Positions 10,709 through 22,607 of a stretch of 32,000 bases of DNA are shown in pieces; position 1 is the first letter of the stretch, and each line of letters starts with the position of its first letter. The notes below the pieces were generated by a model. The model ran no database searches. It was not told the DNA's origin and was given only the letters and a program-made list of their open reading frames with translations. Position numbers and translations under genes: made by a program. Origin of the DNA: Wallemia ichthyophaga EXF-994 (taxonomy: Eukaryota; Fungi; Basidiomycota); contig NW_008806276.1 in assembly GCF_000400465.1 (NCBI RefSeq), positions 360,001-392,000 on the forward strand, read 5' to 3'.

Positions 10709-13443
10709 ATGCAGTCTGAAGAAATTTGTGAGGCGGGAGAAGCCGGGGAAATAGAACTGACAGGACACACAGCTACACCTGCAACACCGGCTACACTAGC
10801 AACACCAGCTATCCTTACAACGACATCGTCGAGGAATCTGCCAGAGCCAATTTCATACACCAGAAATGAACTTCTTAGGCTTTCAAAATCACCGTTAGTA
10901 AAGGCACCAGATAACTTGGAACCGTTTTCCGTTTGGTTTGGGTGTGTCGCTTTGCAGCTTTTGCAGCTTTTGACTTATTCTGTTGACAGCGAGTATACCG
11001 CTCCACCTGCGAATACACCGAGGCCTTCAATCAGCTCACCCAACTCAAGTGCCTCCAATACCTACAACAGGTGCGCTGCTCATCCCATTTTTGCCTCATA
11101 GCTCACACTACACCCAGATTTAGGCGCAACAACGAAGAAGTCGATTCCCCGAGGTCTTCAAAGTACAAGAATGCTTTCGAAAGAGCTCTTGGTTCTTCCT
11201 CAAACCAACCTTCTTCACTTGGTGGGCTTCTTTTGCGGGTTTATAGCACATCCACTTATACCTTTCACAGCTGCTTATAGAAGTCCCAACTCAAGGCATC
11301 CAGAGCCACGTTCTTTCGACCGCGAGTCTGAATTCGCTAGAAATAAGGTTCGTTCTGGCTCAAATCATAACCACACACTCTCACACTTTAATACTCTCAG
11401 TTCTCCGCTGATAAATCTAAAACTCCTCGTGAAGATCGGCCTGATCGGCCTGATCGTTCTAATAAATACCGCAACGAAGAAAAATCACCTCTTGGAAAGA
11501 AAGACAGTGCAATCACCTTACAAGATTCTCTTAAATCAAACGATGGTGATTGGAGGAAGGGCGGCTTTGCTCAAGAACGACAGCGTATGCGTAGAGGCAG
11601 AAATCCTTCTTTTGACGACGATGCTTCACCAGCGTGGTTAGATGATTCCTCTTCCCGTGACAGATCTAGGAATAAAGCATCCTCTGGTCCTTTTGGTTCC
11701 GGCTCAGCCGGTGTTGACAGCATTCAAGCTTTCAAAGCTCAAATGCGAGACAAGGAAAGACGAGAGAGGTTGCTTGAGCTTGGTATAGATGAAGAAGCTC
11801 CGTCTATTCACTACAATTCCCACTCCCATCCTCAGACTGCTTTGCTCGAGGACGAGTTTCAAGTTGACGCTGCGAATGACGAAACTTTTGGTGATATGGA
11901 TGCTGCTAATGATGATACTTTCGGTGACGGCGCTTCCCTCGAGCCATCCATGTCCAAATTGACGATGAATGATGATCCAGCTATCCTTAATGCCTCAAAT
12001 ACTGCTCCCTCACAAACCCAATCACCAGAAACGCAACCTCAACTGTATACTGAACTTGGAAATGCCGGTAGTACAGCATCATCAGAGGGAACCCCCAAGG
12101 TCACAGAGAAGGCACCTGCTGCCAGCAGATTTGCTAAATTCTTCGATGCCAAGCCAAAATCACATCAACATGCAATGGATGCACAAGCTAAATGGCTCGA
12201 TGCTCAGAGAAGGAAGGAAGCTGAGCCAGCAGTCAATTCTCCAACCCCACCAAACCTAACAAATGACCAACCAGAAATGCAAAGAGTCTTGGCAATGTTA
12301 CAAACCTCAAACTCATCTACACCAGTGCCTCAACCATCTTCCGTAAAAGAAATTAGTAGACCGACATCCACATCATCAGCTGGAGCTGATCTAACAGCAA
12401 TTTTACACCAACAACAACAAGCTGCGTTCCGTAATCAACAACTTCAACAACAACAACAAATAATAATGCAACAAAGGAAAGAACGCGAGCAGGAATTACA
12501 GAGGGAAAGAATGCAAAGGGAGCATCAAGCTTTATTACTTGCACAGGCTCAGAGGAGGCAACAATCACCGCAAGATCCTGCAATACTAAATGCTTTATCG
12601 CTTTCACGTAATAAGGGCAGTCCAGCTGCAGCAATGTCACCAAATGTGATGCACCAACAACAATCAAGAATGAGTCCAATGAATGACCCAAGAGCGGCAG
12701 CGCTGCAAGAGTATCAAATGAGATTGGCGTATGAGAGACAGAGGCAACTTCAACAGAATGAAATGGCAGATCCGCAACCAGAGCAAAGTCAGCAACAAAA
12801 GCTGCAGGAGATGTTAATGATGCAGCAACAGCAAGCACAAATGAGACAAATGCAACAAGCAAATGCTATGAGAGGAGCACCACCAGAGCATTTAGCAGCG
12901 TTGATAAGAGGAGGAGGTAACACACAATCACCAAATAGTGGATCAAATCCACAAGCTGGGACATTGCTTATGCAACAGATTCAACAGCAACAAGGACAGG
13001 TACCTTCAACGATAAGTCCACCACATGCACCACACCAACAGCAGCACTCCCAAGCTAATGAGATGTTACTCCAACAACAGCGTTTGCTCGCTCAACAGAG
13101 AGGCATGCAAGCCGCACAGGCGCAAGCGCAAGCGCAAGCTGCAGCACTCGCGACTGCTATACAACAACAACAACAGCAACAACAGCAACCTATGAGTGGA
13201 TTTATGAATCAGCAACCACATCAACCGTATCAATCACAACAGCAGCATCCTGACATGCACCACTATGCCAACAACAACAACTCATTCGATCACGTCTCCA
13301 AGATGGCAGGACCACAACAGTCTCATCTCATGGATGCTCAGCAGCAGAGACAGAAGCAAGCACAGCGTAGGTAGTGAGATATGGTGTAGGTGTTCTTCAC
13401 TAACGGTTTCACAGTTATGGCATTGCTGAATGGTGGACGTTAA
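10709..13443 (+). CDS. Largely disordered Q-rich protein with N-terminal eIF4E-binding motif (4E-T/Eap1-like candidate)
   Basis: ISYTRNELLRLSKSPLV...WFG contains YxxxxL-phi. Also SRFAKFF, duplicated DAAND[ED]TFGD and a long Q/M-rich C-terminus. The final intron 13367-13414 gives ...QLMALLNGGR*. Internal exons at 11070-11420 are approximate. Confidence 0.55.
12410..13335 (+). repeat. Low-complexity CAA/CAG poly-Gln coding tracts and (GCGCAA)n
   Basis: caacaacaa runs near 12410-12460 and 13160-13190; gcgcaagcgcaagcgcaa near 13120. Confidence 0.85.
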
Positions 13444-14084
13444 TAAACTAACAATCAAAGAACAGCATCTATTCATTCTCTATTACAAATCTTCTTGGTA
13501 AATTTGATCTCTTTATTCAGACCACTCATTCTTCTCACTCCATTCATCTTAATGCATATCTCGTTTTCACTTGAAATTTAATTGTGTGCCTGAAATTAAA
13601 TAGCGCGCCCACTTCACAGTCGCCGCTGTCAATTACCACCACGTATCATTATGAAATTATGAAAATGAATAAATAGATTTTAAATATTACAGTTTAAATT
13701 ATCCGCAAATTTTAACAGCTCAATCAATCCCATCAAGCTCGTTTTGCTGGGTGCCTCAATTATCATTCCAAAACCGCGATAAGCGACAGTAGTATAAGCG
13801 TAAATGGGTTTATCACTTATGATATACGCAAAATAAACTACAGCAAAATCAATGTGATTATATCGTTGAGTTCATTTAGGATCGTCCATCGAAATCATCC
13901 ACTCCATTAATTTAGCAGATTGGAGAAATGTGACCACGCTCGACGGAATTCTGCGAATAACCCTTTTTTTATTACCTGCGCTTCTATCTATAAAAATCAC
14001 ACCGTTTCAGTCCAAGTAGTGAAAAAATTCATGGTAGAAAACTTTAGGTCAAATAAAAGGAGTCTTCAAATGTTTCAAACAAGT

Positions 14085-15849
14085 TTATGTCTTGACTATC
14101 GACTGTCTAGCTCTGCGAATGAATCGGATGAAGCGCTTCGACGATGAAAGTTTTCTATTTGAATTTTCTTGGTCTTTGTGTTCAACGAGTATTCCAGTTT
14201 TGGTAGATAATTGAGATAGCGACGACTTGCTTATTGTTAGAACATCAGCTGCTCTCTCAATCGGTTTACCCTCATCGGTCCAGCGATTGATTCCCCCCCT
14301 CACTGTAAACGCTTCGAAGCCAGAATTTCTCAAGACACTCACAGCGCTCCTAGAAGTACCGCCGTCTTCGCATAGTATTACTAGGCACTTGCTTCCGCGA
14401 TAAGGGTCAGCTACTGCTGCCAGCTTCTCATCAAGAATTGGCCATTGTCTTGCCATCTCGCTCGCGTTCAAGAAAGGATTAGGTGTGTAGTGTGGATATA
14501 AGTCTTCAAGTATTGGGATATTTACTGAAGATGGTATTCGGAAATGATTGAACAAGCTGCTGCTTCGAAGATCCAACACCTGCGTAGACACTTGCTTGGC
14601 AATGACGGCAGCCTCTTCAGGATGCAACTCCCATCCATCGAGATATGGATACTTGTCTACACCCAGCAACTCGCTATTGTGCATGGGCGCGAAGTAGGCT
14701 TCACCTAGCTTCTCTTTGTATTCGCTCATGTAGACGTATGGAAGATCGCAGCAGATAAAGACGCAGTTTACGAACCCATCTTCACTACTTCTCAACTTGT
14801 CGAGCTCCTTCATTTCCTTAGCTCGGTCTAGATAGTTATAAAGACCCTTTAAGTTCTGAGACTGGTCAGGTTAAGGCTAATATTGAGAGGTTCAGACTCA
14901 CAAAGCCAGAGGAAGGTCCTGCTATGATACCATTTCTCGAAAGCCATAAGCTCAATTCATACGAGTCTTTGCTACCGACTTCTTCGATAGTATCGACCGC
15001 ACCGCGCCAGTCGTACCACGTAACTGGCAGTAACATGGACAGAGCTCTTGGACCAGGTACCCTGTCACCTGCTGTGGTACAAACACCTACATTGGTAATG
15101 TTTGGTGTACTGGCTTTAACTGAGTCAGTTGATTGTGGATCCTCATTAAGCAAACAAACCTTTCAGAGCAAGACCAGTCCCAGTCATAGTTCCACCCGTT
15201 CCAATACCTGCGCTAAAAACGCCTACATTTGGTAGCTGCTTGAGTATTTGTTGAGCCGTCCACCTTCCATGAGCCGCAGGATTATCTGGATTGGTATACT
15301 GATCCACATTTAAGGAGCAAGGGTCTTTCCCTCGGTTAGTAGCATGGTAGATACCGCCGTAAACATCGCTACTGAGCGGCTGACTTGGACCACCGCTGAA
15401 GTTCAACTCCAATCCGAAGAAACGCAGGAGGTCTATCTTGGCTGCACTTGTTTTGTTCGAGAGATTGGCTTTCGTCCTCTCAATCCCCATCCTAGCAACA
15501 CCAGTCAATGAGTTAAAGGTAAAAGTATAGCAGACACATACTGTCTTGCAATAACGCTTAAAGACATGATGGTTGAGCCGCTTGAATACTCTACAATTTC
15601 TTTGGTGATTCCTGGTTTGATTTCACCATCTCTTTTGGCTTTCTCAAGCATGTTAAAAGCAGGAAACGCTTTGACGTTGTTTAGCGGATGTGCGGAGTGC
15701 ACCTTAGCAAATATCCTAATCCTATCGTCATTTGCGAACTTGTGATTGGGCAGTTCAACGAGTGGAGTTGGAGGTGTTTTGTCGGGATTCAGATAGTCCA
15801 AGAGGGCATCTTCACCGCTGTAAACGTTTAACTCTTTATTGGTTGACAT
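14085..15849 (-). CDS. PLP-dependent cysteine synthase-family enzyme fused to a C-terminal rhodanese domain, 4 exons
   Basis: PTPLVELP, HPLNNVK (PLP Lys), EYSSGST, DQYTNPDNPAAH, GIGTGGTMTG, AGPSSG. C-terminal LDLRSSSLFNHFRIPSSVNIP...VILCEDGGTS...VRGGINRW is a rhodanese with its Cys retained. Confidence 0.88.
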
Positions 15850-16064
15850 GGCTAAGGGTTAAGAAGACAACTTCGGAATCGGTTAAATTAAAGGATTCGA
15901 GGGTGCAATCAGATAACATGCGGCGACTTGTGAGGGTCTCGAAGGATGCAATCGAACCCTGACTGACGATATTGACTGTGCGTCGAACGTCAAATTGAAA
16001 TTTCGGCGGACCTTGAAAACATCGCAGCTTAATTAAGACGGTCATCATCACAACTTAAGGCAAA

Positions 16065-18103
16065 ATGTCCCATAATCAAAGAAATGACAGTATAAATGGT
16101 GTGTAGCTTAAATAGTTAGCAATGGTCATCTCAATTTCATCAAAGTAGTTGCCGAAACCGACAACAGCGTAATTAAGGATCTAGACAGCAACGAAAGTTC
16201 GCCTGGTGGTGAGTTGGTTGTCGCAGGTGCTTTAATATTGCCCGCTTATCTCACATGGCAGGGAATATCAACAATGGAGAAAAGCAAATTACAGATCAGA
16301 CAAATTATTTGCCAAAATCTAGAATTGTAATGGTGCGTTTCATTCACAGTGATGCTTTTAATTCATCTGTACTGCTTAGGTGTTTTTCTCGTGTAGCGCT
16401 GTCGATTTCCTGGCATTAATGGATCAGACAAACATTGCTGTCGCTTCAACTTTTATCGCAAGTGATCTCGGCGCAGGAGGGCAATCTTCGTGGATCGCAT
16501 CAGCCTATTTCTTGACTTCTACAGCGATGACTTTGAATTATGGTAGATTATCTGATGTTTGTGGTCGTAAAATGTTACTGATGGTCAGCTTATTCGGTTT
16601 CTTTGTCTTCACGATAGGAAGTAGTTTATCTCAGACCATGACGCAACTGTGAGGTTTGGTTAAACTTAATTGAAAAACACTGACATCATCAAAAGTATCG
16701 TGTTTCGCGCTTTGTCAGGTGCATTTGGCGGTGGGATGATGAGTTTATGCCAACTCATAGTGAGTGATGTAGTCAGCTTGAGAGATCGAGGAAAATGGCA
16801 AGGCATTCTCGGGGCCTTTAACGCATTGGCAAACGGCGTTGGACCAGTAATTGGCGGTGCTTTAGCGACTGTCCAGTGGCGATGGATTTTCTGGCTTAAT
16901 CTGCCTGTACGTGAAGCTTTATAAGGTTAGCGCTTTGCATTTGCTGACTTTTGTGCAGATATGCGCCATTGCTTCGGCTATGGTGTGGTATATAATGCCA
17001 CTGAAAAAAGTAGAAGGTCATTGGAAAGAGAAGGTGGGGAGGATAGATTTCGTCGGTACAATACTCGCATTGCTCAGCACAACGCTGATTATTCTTGGTC
17101 TCACCTGGGCCGGATCTGAGTATGCATGGGATTCAGCGCATGTCCTCTGCACTCTTATTCTCGGTGTCGTCTTAGCAGGTGTATTTCTGGGATGGGAAAA
17201 ATATTCTAATTTACCAGTCATGCCGCTGTATATCTTCAAATCAAGGATGGTCTGTGGAGCATGCATTACACAGGCTATCAATGGTTGGATATTCCTCGTA
17301 CAGACGTTTTATCTACCAAAATTTAGTCAGTTGGCTTTTGGCTACTCTGCTATTATCTCAGCTGCTTTGCTCATACCGCTGACGGTTGTGCAGACCATCA
17401 GCAGCACTATCGGTGGACTACTTGTGACATGGACGGGTAAGTATAAACTCATCATTCTGTCTGGGTGAGTTTGAGACTGCTAAAGCTACCGTGCACTCTC
17501 TGACGTGCTTTAAGATGGGCTCTATGGGTCGTAGGCGTCGGATTGATAAGCACGCTAGATGAAACATCGGGACTGGGCAAGCAGATTGGTTACTCTATCT
17601 TGGCAGGATTTGGTGTTGGCCAGACACTTCAGGCTAGTTTGGTTGCTGTCCAGGCAGGAGTCGAAAGGAAAGACATGGCGGTGGTGACATCGACCCGAAA
17701 CTTTGTGCGCAATCTAGGCGGGACACTGGGATTAGCGATTAGCGGAACGATACTTAACAATATAACGCGGTCAAGATTGTTAGAAGACGGAGTAGCTGAG
17801 GGTGTTATCGACAGCGTTATACGGAGGCCGGAGAGTGCACGAAACGACCTCGACAGTGAAACAAGGAAATTGGTAGTCGATGTGTACAGAATGGGCTTTA
17901 GAGTAGTCTTTTTGACTAGCGCTGCTTTGGCGACCGTGGCTTTCATGGTGGCTCTTCTCATGATGCCGCAGATCAACCTCGATCGCGCTGATGACGAGAA
18001 ACTCAAGGAGGAGGGTAGGAAGTGGGTTGAGGAGGGCAAGAAGGAGAGGCAGAAGGTGGCAGAGAGTGGTGAGTCAGAACAAGAACAAGCTATACATCGA
18101 TAA
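16065..18103 (+). CDS. MFS transporter, DHA2 (14-TMS) drug:H+ antiporter family
   Basis: Spliced DQTNYLPKSRIVM|VFF...FLALMDQT, YGRLSDVCGRK (motif A), VSDVVSLRDRGKWQG, GPVIGGAL..VQWRWIFWLNLP, RNLGGTLGLAISG. The start codon is uncertain because the first exon could not be resolved. Confidence 0.9.
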
Positions 18104-18180
18104 AAGTGTAAGTAAATATGAAAATGTAAATGTCAATGCCTTGGGAGTGTTGTAATTAATGCAAGTATCCGTGCACCCCA

Positions 18181-18986
18181 TCAATCGATCAAGTCGAGAG
18201 TGCGAACGTAGAGGGGTATAACAGCTTCGCCCCAGCCGCCCATGAGTTCAGTTCTGCAAATCTGTGGAGTTGGTGTGAGTTTATGAGGGTGATTTAGTCC
18301 ACTCACTGGACAGGGACCTTGGAAAGTGTGGTCAGGGTTGTCAGACAGCATGTAGGTGCGAGCAGCGTAGTCAGTTCTCAGTCTGGCCTTTGCGTTGAGC
18401 TTCTGAGAGCGTTGCCGGGCTTGTTGAATGGGTCTTGGTAGGCTGTAAAGTGTATGTGAGTGGGTGAATGACGTAAAGACAATCAAACAGACGAAATTCC
18501 TTCATTCTTGATGCGTTCGCCTTCAAAGTAATCGAAAAGACAGTTGGCGCATGCGATGTGGCCCTGTGCGGAGCGTGTTATCGGTGTCTCAAAACATCAC
18601 AGCCCACTCACACAAGCCGTAGTGCAAGCATTAGAGACGATATCGAAGCAAATTGGGCAGGTGAGATTATTGAATACAGGTCTACCGTCTATATCGTCGT
18701 GTGGAGCCTCTTGAGCTTCCTGAACAGGCTTAGATTTGCCTTTGTGGGGTTGCTGCTGTGTGCTGTGTGCGCTGACAACAGACGAAGATCTCGTAGAATG
18801 TGTAGAATTACTCCTGCTTGCTGATTTGGATCTCTCTCCTGCGCGTGTACGTTTACGAGATTTCGACTCCTTCGACGTCTGTGGAGGTGGAATGCGGGAA
18901 GTCGATGAAGTGGCGTTGGAGATAGCGTTGGTGTCGTCACCGTCGCTATCAGCAGTGAGATCTATGATTGGCTGATTTCGTTTCAT
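18181..18986 (-). CDS. SIM-containing C3HC4 RING protein (SUMO-targeted ubiquitin ligase-like, Slx8/Rfp/RNF4 type)
   Basis: N-terminal PIIDLTADSDGD (SIM plus acidic stretch). Spliced RING reads CPICFD..ACTTAC|GHIACANC...GPCPV|CRTEL. ATG at 18986. Confidence 0.72.
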
Positions 18987-19028
18987 GATGAATGTTGAGT
19001 GATAACGACCAACTTGGGTTTTCTGATA

Positions 19029-20245
19029 ATGACACAGGGGAAAGAGCACTCTAGGCTGGCTGTAGCAGGCGTGAGTAGCGCTACACGCTGTTGCCACATC
19101 CACTCAAAAACCACCAGGTCGTCGTCTTCTATCTTACAGCAGCTATCGTGATGGTACTCGTGAATAAGGCTGTGCTCAACGTTAGCAACACGCCGCCACT
19201 CTTTTTTCTTTTTATTCAGCTCGCTATAGCGGTCCTCCTGCTTCTGATCAGCCACGCCGTTAAGCTGGTGCGACTACCGCGGATAGAGAAGAAGGTTGTT
19301 CGAGGATTGTGGAAGCTGATTGGAGTGAATGTCGCTGGATTGAGGTGGGCTGAGTGCTGATCTGAGAATTCACCGTTTCTCACGCCCTTTCACAGCTTCA
19401 ACAACTACTGCCTGAAATACATTGACGCGTCTTTCTACCAGGTGGCGCGTGGACTGGTACTGCCCATCACCGTCATCATAAGCTATGCGTTCCTCAAAAC
19501 CCGCCCAAGTAACTGGATTCTGTGCGCGTGTTTCATCATATGTCTCGGTTTTTTCACCTCAGTCCATCCCGGCAACGCGCACCTGAATATGCGTGGTATA
19601 ATCTTCGGGCTGCTCTCATCGCTCACTACTGCAGCACATGCTGTGGTCATTAAGACCAGTCTTCCTGTCGTCGGCGGTTCAACGATTGACATGGCGTATT
19701 ATGTCAATCTATTCTCAGCACTCCTCTTCGTGCCGCTGTCCGTTATCATGGGTGAGCTGCCAACCATCTACGCCCTCTTCTTTCACACCAACGCCCACGA
19801 TCTGTCCGTCTTCTCGATCGGCGCTGCCCTCACTGGCGTCGTCGGGTTCCTCATCTGCATAGCGGGTTTCTTGTCCATCAAGGTGACTTCCCCAATCACC
19901 CATATGGTCAGCTCGGCAGTGCGGTCAGCGCTGATGGCCGTTCTAGGAGTGGTCTTATTTGACGAGCACCTCTCCTCTGAGAAGATAGCGAGTATCGTGA
20001 TTATAGTGCTGGGTAGCGTGTTCTACACTTGGATCAAGGATAGGGAAAGCAGGGCGGCTGCGAGGGCAGACCACGACTATGAGCATCTCGATCAGCAGCC
20101 TCTCGAGACGATTCACGTCGATGGTCAGAGTGATGGGTCGGGCGAGCGTGATGGCGACGTGAACATTCTCTTCGAAGCTCCTCCTGAATATGATTATAGC
20201 GAGGAGCAGCAGCTCAAGAAGCAAACAGCACACAGCAGCTTTTAA
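19029..20245 (+). CDS. Nucleotide-sugar transporter (SLC35C1 GDP-fucose transporter-like / TPT-DMT fold)
   Basis: MTQGKEHSRLAVAG|VVVFYLTAAIVMVLVNKAVLN, FNNYCLKYIDASFYQVARGLVLP, LSIKVTSPITHMVSSAVRS. Substrate cannot be determined from sequence. Confidence 0.88.
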
Positions 20246-20294
20246 ACAATTAATACATTAAGACACCCATCTATCTCTATACATGCACAATACA

Positions 20295-22205
20295 TCATAA
20301 TCCTTTCTCGGTCAGCTTTCTGCGTACCTTGACCATTATTCTCCCGAAAGCGTCGTCGTCGTGCGTGTTGGAGGTATTTTTAATATACCTTTGATTCTTC
20401 TGCATGAAATCAATTAATCTGCGACAATCATCGAAGCGTCTGGCGTCGTAAAAGCCTTTCATGAGAAGGTAGAGGGTATTCTTAGTGATGTGAACATTAG
20501 GTTCGTGTGCCATCTGTTCGAGGAGAACCCAAGGAGCAAAAGGGTGATTATTAGCGAGACTAGCTGTAATAGCGTACTGGAAGAGGGCCTGTGTGGGAGC
20601 GAGCCCGCGTCTTTTCATCCGTGTCATCAGGGACTGTGCCTCTGCGAGACCATCAGGAGACCGAGCTAAGTGTGCGCTAATGAGGGATGTGTAAGTGACG
20701 GATGTGGTTGACATGCCCTCTTCCTCCATGCGGTCAAGCAGACAGAGTGCCTCATCCATCTCTCCCTCTTTCGCTAATATGTCGAGCATGTTGGAGTAGA
20801 TGTGCACATCGGCATCGACGTCGCACTCAGCCATCGTGCGCACCACCACGCCGATAGCGTCCGGATGCGTCTGTTTGCGAAGGTATATCAGCAGCATTGA
20901 GAAAGTATGAGCGTCGGGTGGGATATTATTCTCTTTAAGTTGTCTGATGAGATGAATAGTGGTTTGAGTGTCATTGCGCAGTACAGCAGCGCGTATGAGT
21001 ATATTGTACGACACGATAGTTGGGCTGTTCATCTGATGAAACACATGAGTCGCAACGTCGCTCATACCCACTCTGGTGAGGCCTGCAAGAAGGGCGTTAC
21101 AGATTTTGGTAGGGGTAGGAATATCGTGAGCAGTGTAAATGGTCTGCACACTGTCAAAAACTTGCATACCATCGCGACTGCGTGCGTCTATCAAGCGTGC
21201 TATGAGCGCTGCTGCCGTGTCCTCATGTGGGAGAATGCCACTGCGTGACATATGTCTAAGTATGGTTGTGACGCGCTGCGCACTGCTGCGATGTACTAGC
21301 TCCCCCTCCAATACTGCCTGCAGAGAGTGGTGGCCGAGCGCGTCGAGTGGTCTGTCCAAGACACCTGTTGGGAGAGGGGGCGAAGTGCGTTTATGAGTAT
21401 GAGCGAGCGCACGTAGGAAAGCAGCGTAAACTTGGTCGTCATCGAGAAGCGTGTTTTCTTGTGCTGTTAGTGCATCGTACACTTCCAGTATGTATCGCCT
21501 CATGCCGTCCTGGGCGGCTTGGCCGAGGGAGGTGAGTACGGTCTGCTTGTCGACGAGGACATGCGCCCAGCGCACATTTTCGACGTACTCCTGCGCTAGC
21601 TGTAGCGCGGCACCTGATAGACCCGTGTCGCGCGCAACTATGCCGCTCGAGAAGGTGTAGCCAGGTCGAGCAAGTGCCAGCGCACTGCGCGCACCTTGGA
21701 GAGAGTGGGTGAGGGAGTGGGCGGCTACGACACATACTAGCAGTCTGCTGGAGATGGGTGTGGGTGTGGTGTGGTTGCTGCTGCTACTGCTGCTGCTACT
21801 GCACTGACGCTGTCGCTGTTGAAGCCCCTCAAACAGCTTCAACACGCGCGCTGGATTGTTTCTCTGTAGCGCCACCTTCATTGCGCTTAGCAGGGGTCGT
21901 GACTGGCCGCGTGCTGCCAATTCAACGGCTATATCGTCAATCTGTGCGCCGTCGTCGTTTTCACGTGCGAGTGGGGAGAGCCAAGCGTCGAGTAGGTGCG
22001 AGTAGTGTTTGTCTACGGTGTGTGTATTGCTGATATCACCGCATAAAATCCCTCGCAGCGCATCTGTATCACGATTTTGGATGGCTGTGGAGAGGGAGGT
22101 AAGGTGGATGTCTGTGTGTTTGTATCTGCGTGCAGTCTGCACTGTTTTGTAAATATTCCTCCTAGCCAGCGGATTGAGCGGATTCAGCCTCAAGCAGAAG
22201 CTCAT
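20295..22205 (-). CDS. Mitochondrial pentatricopeptide repeat (PPR) protein; intronless
   Basis: Basic presequence (LARRNIYKTVQTARRY) and about 6-7 35-aa repeats: ICNALLAGL, SYNILIRAA, PPDAHTFSMLL, DVHIYSNMLD, SVTYTSLISAH, PTQALFQ, KNTLYLLMKGF. Confidence 0.9.
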   Translation of the reverse strand: MSFCLRLNPLNPLARRNIYKTVQTARRYKHTDIHLTSLSTAIQNRDTDALRGILCGDISNTHTVDKHYSHLLDAWLSPLARENDDGAQIDDIAVELAARGQSRPLLSAMKVALQRNNPARVLKLFEGLQQRQRQCSSSSSSSSNHTTPTPISSRLLVCVVAAHSLTHSLQGARSALALARPGYTFSSGIVARDTGLSGAALQLAQEYVENVRWAHVLVDKQTVLTSLGQAAQDGMRRYILEVYDALTAQENTLLDDDQVYAAFLRALAHTHKRTSPPLPTGVLDRPLDALGHHSLQAVLEGELVHRSSAQRVTTILRHMSRSGILPHEDTAAALIARLIDARSRDGMQVFDSVQTIYTAHDIPTPTKICNALLAGLTRVGMSDVATHVFHQMNSPTIVSYNILIRAAVLRNDTQTTIHLIRQLKENNIPPDAHTFSMLLIYLRKQTHPDAIGVVVRTMAECDVDADVHIYSNMLDILAKEGEMDEALCLLDRMEEEGMSTTSVTYTSLISAHLARSPDGLAEAQSLMTRMKRRGLAPTQALFQYAITASLANNHPFAPWVLLEQMAHEPNVHITKNTLYLLMKGFYDARRFDDCRRLIDFMQKNQRYIKNTSNTHDDDAFGRIMVKVRRKLTEKGL

Positions 22206-22555
22206 CGTGTTGAATAAAGAAAGGTTAAAAGGATTTAATGGAATTTACTTGGATATATTATCTACTGGAATTTACCTGGGACAGCCTCCGACAGACTCCG
22301 ACAAATTCCGGCACTCGAGACACACGCATCACATATGAAACACCCGTATTCATCCTTCACACAGCTGACACCCGTGCGCAGAACGAACAACTGCGGGTGT
22401 AATTATGCGTGTTCCTGGGAATCAGAAGACCGTCTCAAGCTAATGGAATTGTGAATGGAATCGTACATGAGTAAATAGTCTATATAAGACAGAGCAAGAT
22501 GGGAAAATTTGTAAGAGATTCGGTGAAAATATTCAAATGCTATAGAGTAAAGGAA

Positions 22556-22607
22556 GGAGTATAATAGAGTGTAATAGAGTGTAATAGAGTGTAATAGAAT
22601 GTAATAG
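22556..22607 (+). repeat. 10-bp tandem repeat (TAATAGAGTG-like, about 5 copies) downstream of the cyclin stop codon
   Basis: ggagta taatagagtg taatagagtg taatagagtg taatagaatg taatag read directly. Confidence 0.9.

Noticed and set aside
13444-14084. tRNA, snRNA or snoRNA in the two long non-coding gaps (also 22206-22668)
   Set aside because: No T-loop GTTCGA, spliceosomal snRNA signature or convincing C/D box pair was seen by eye.
22556-22607. Tandem array as CRISPR-like or telomeric repeat
   Set aside because: Contiguous 10-bp units without spacers, at an internal position in a eukaryotic gene-dense region.
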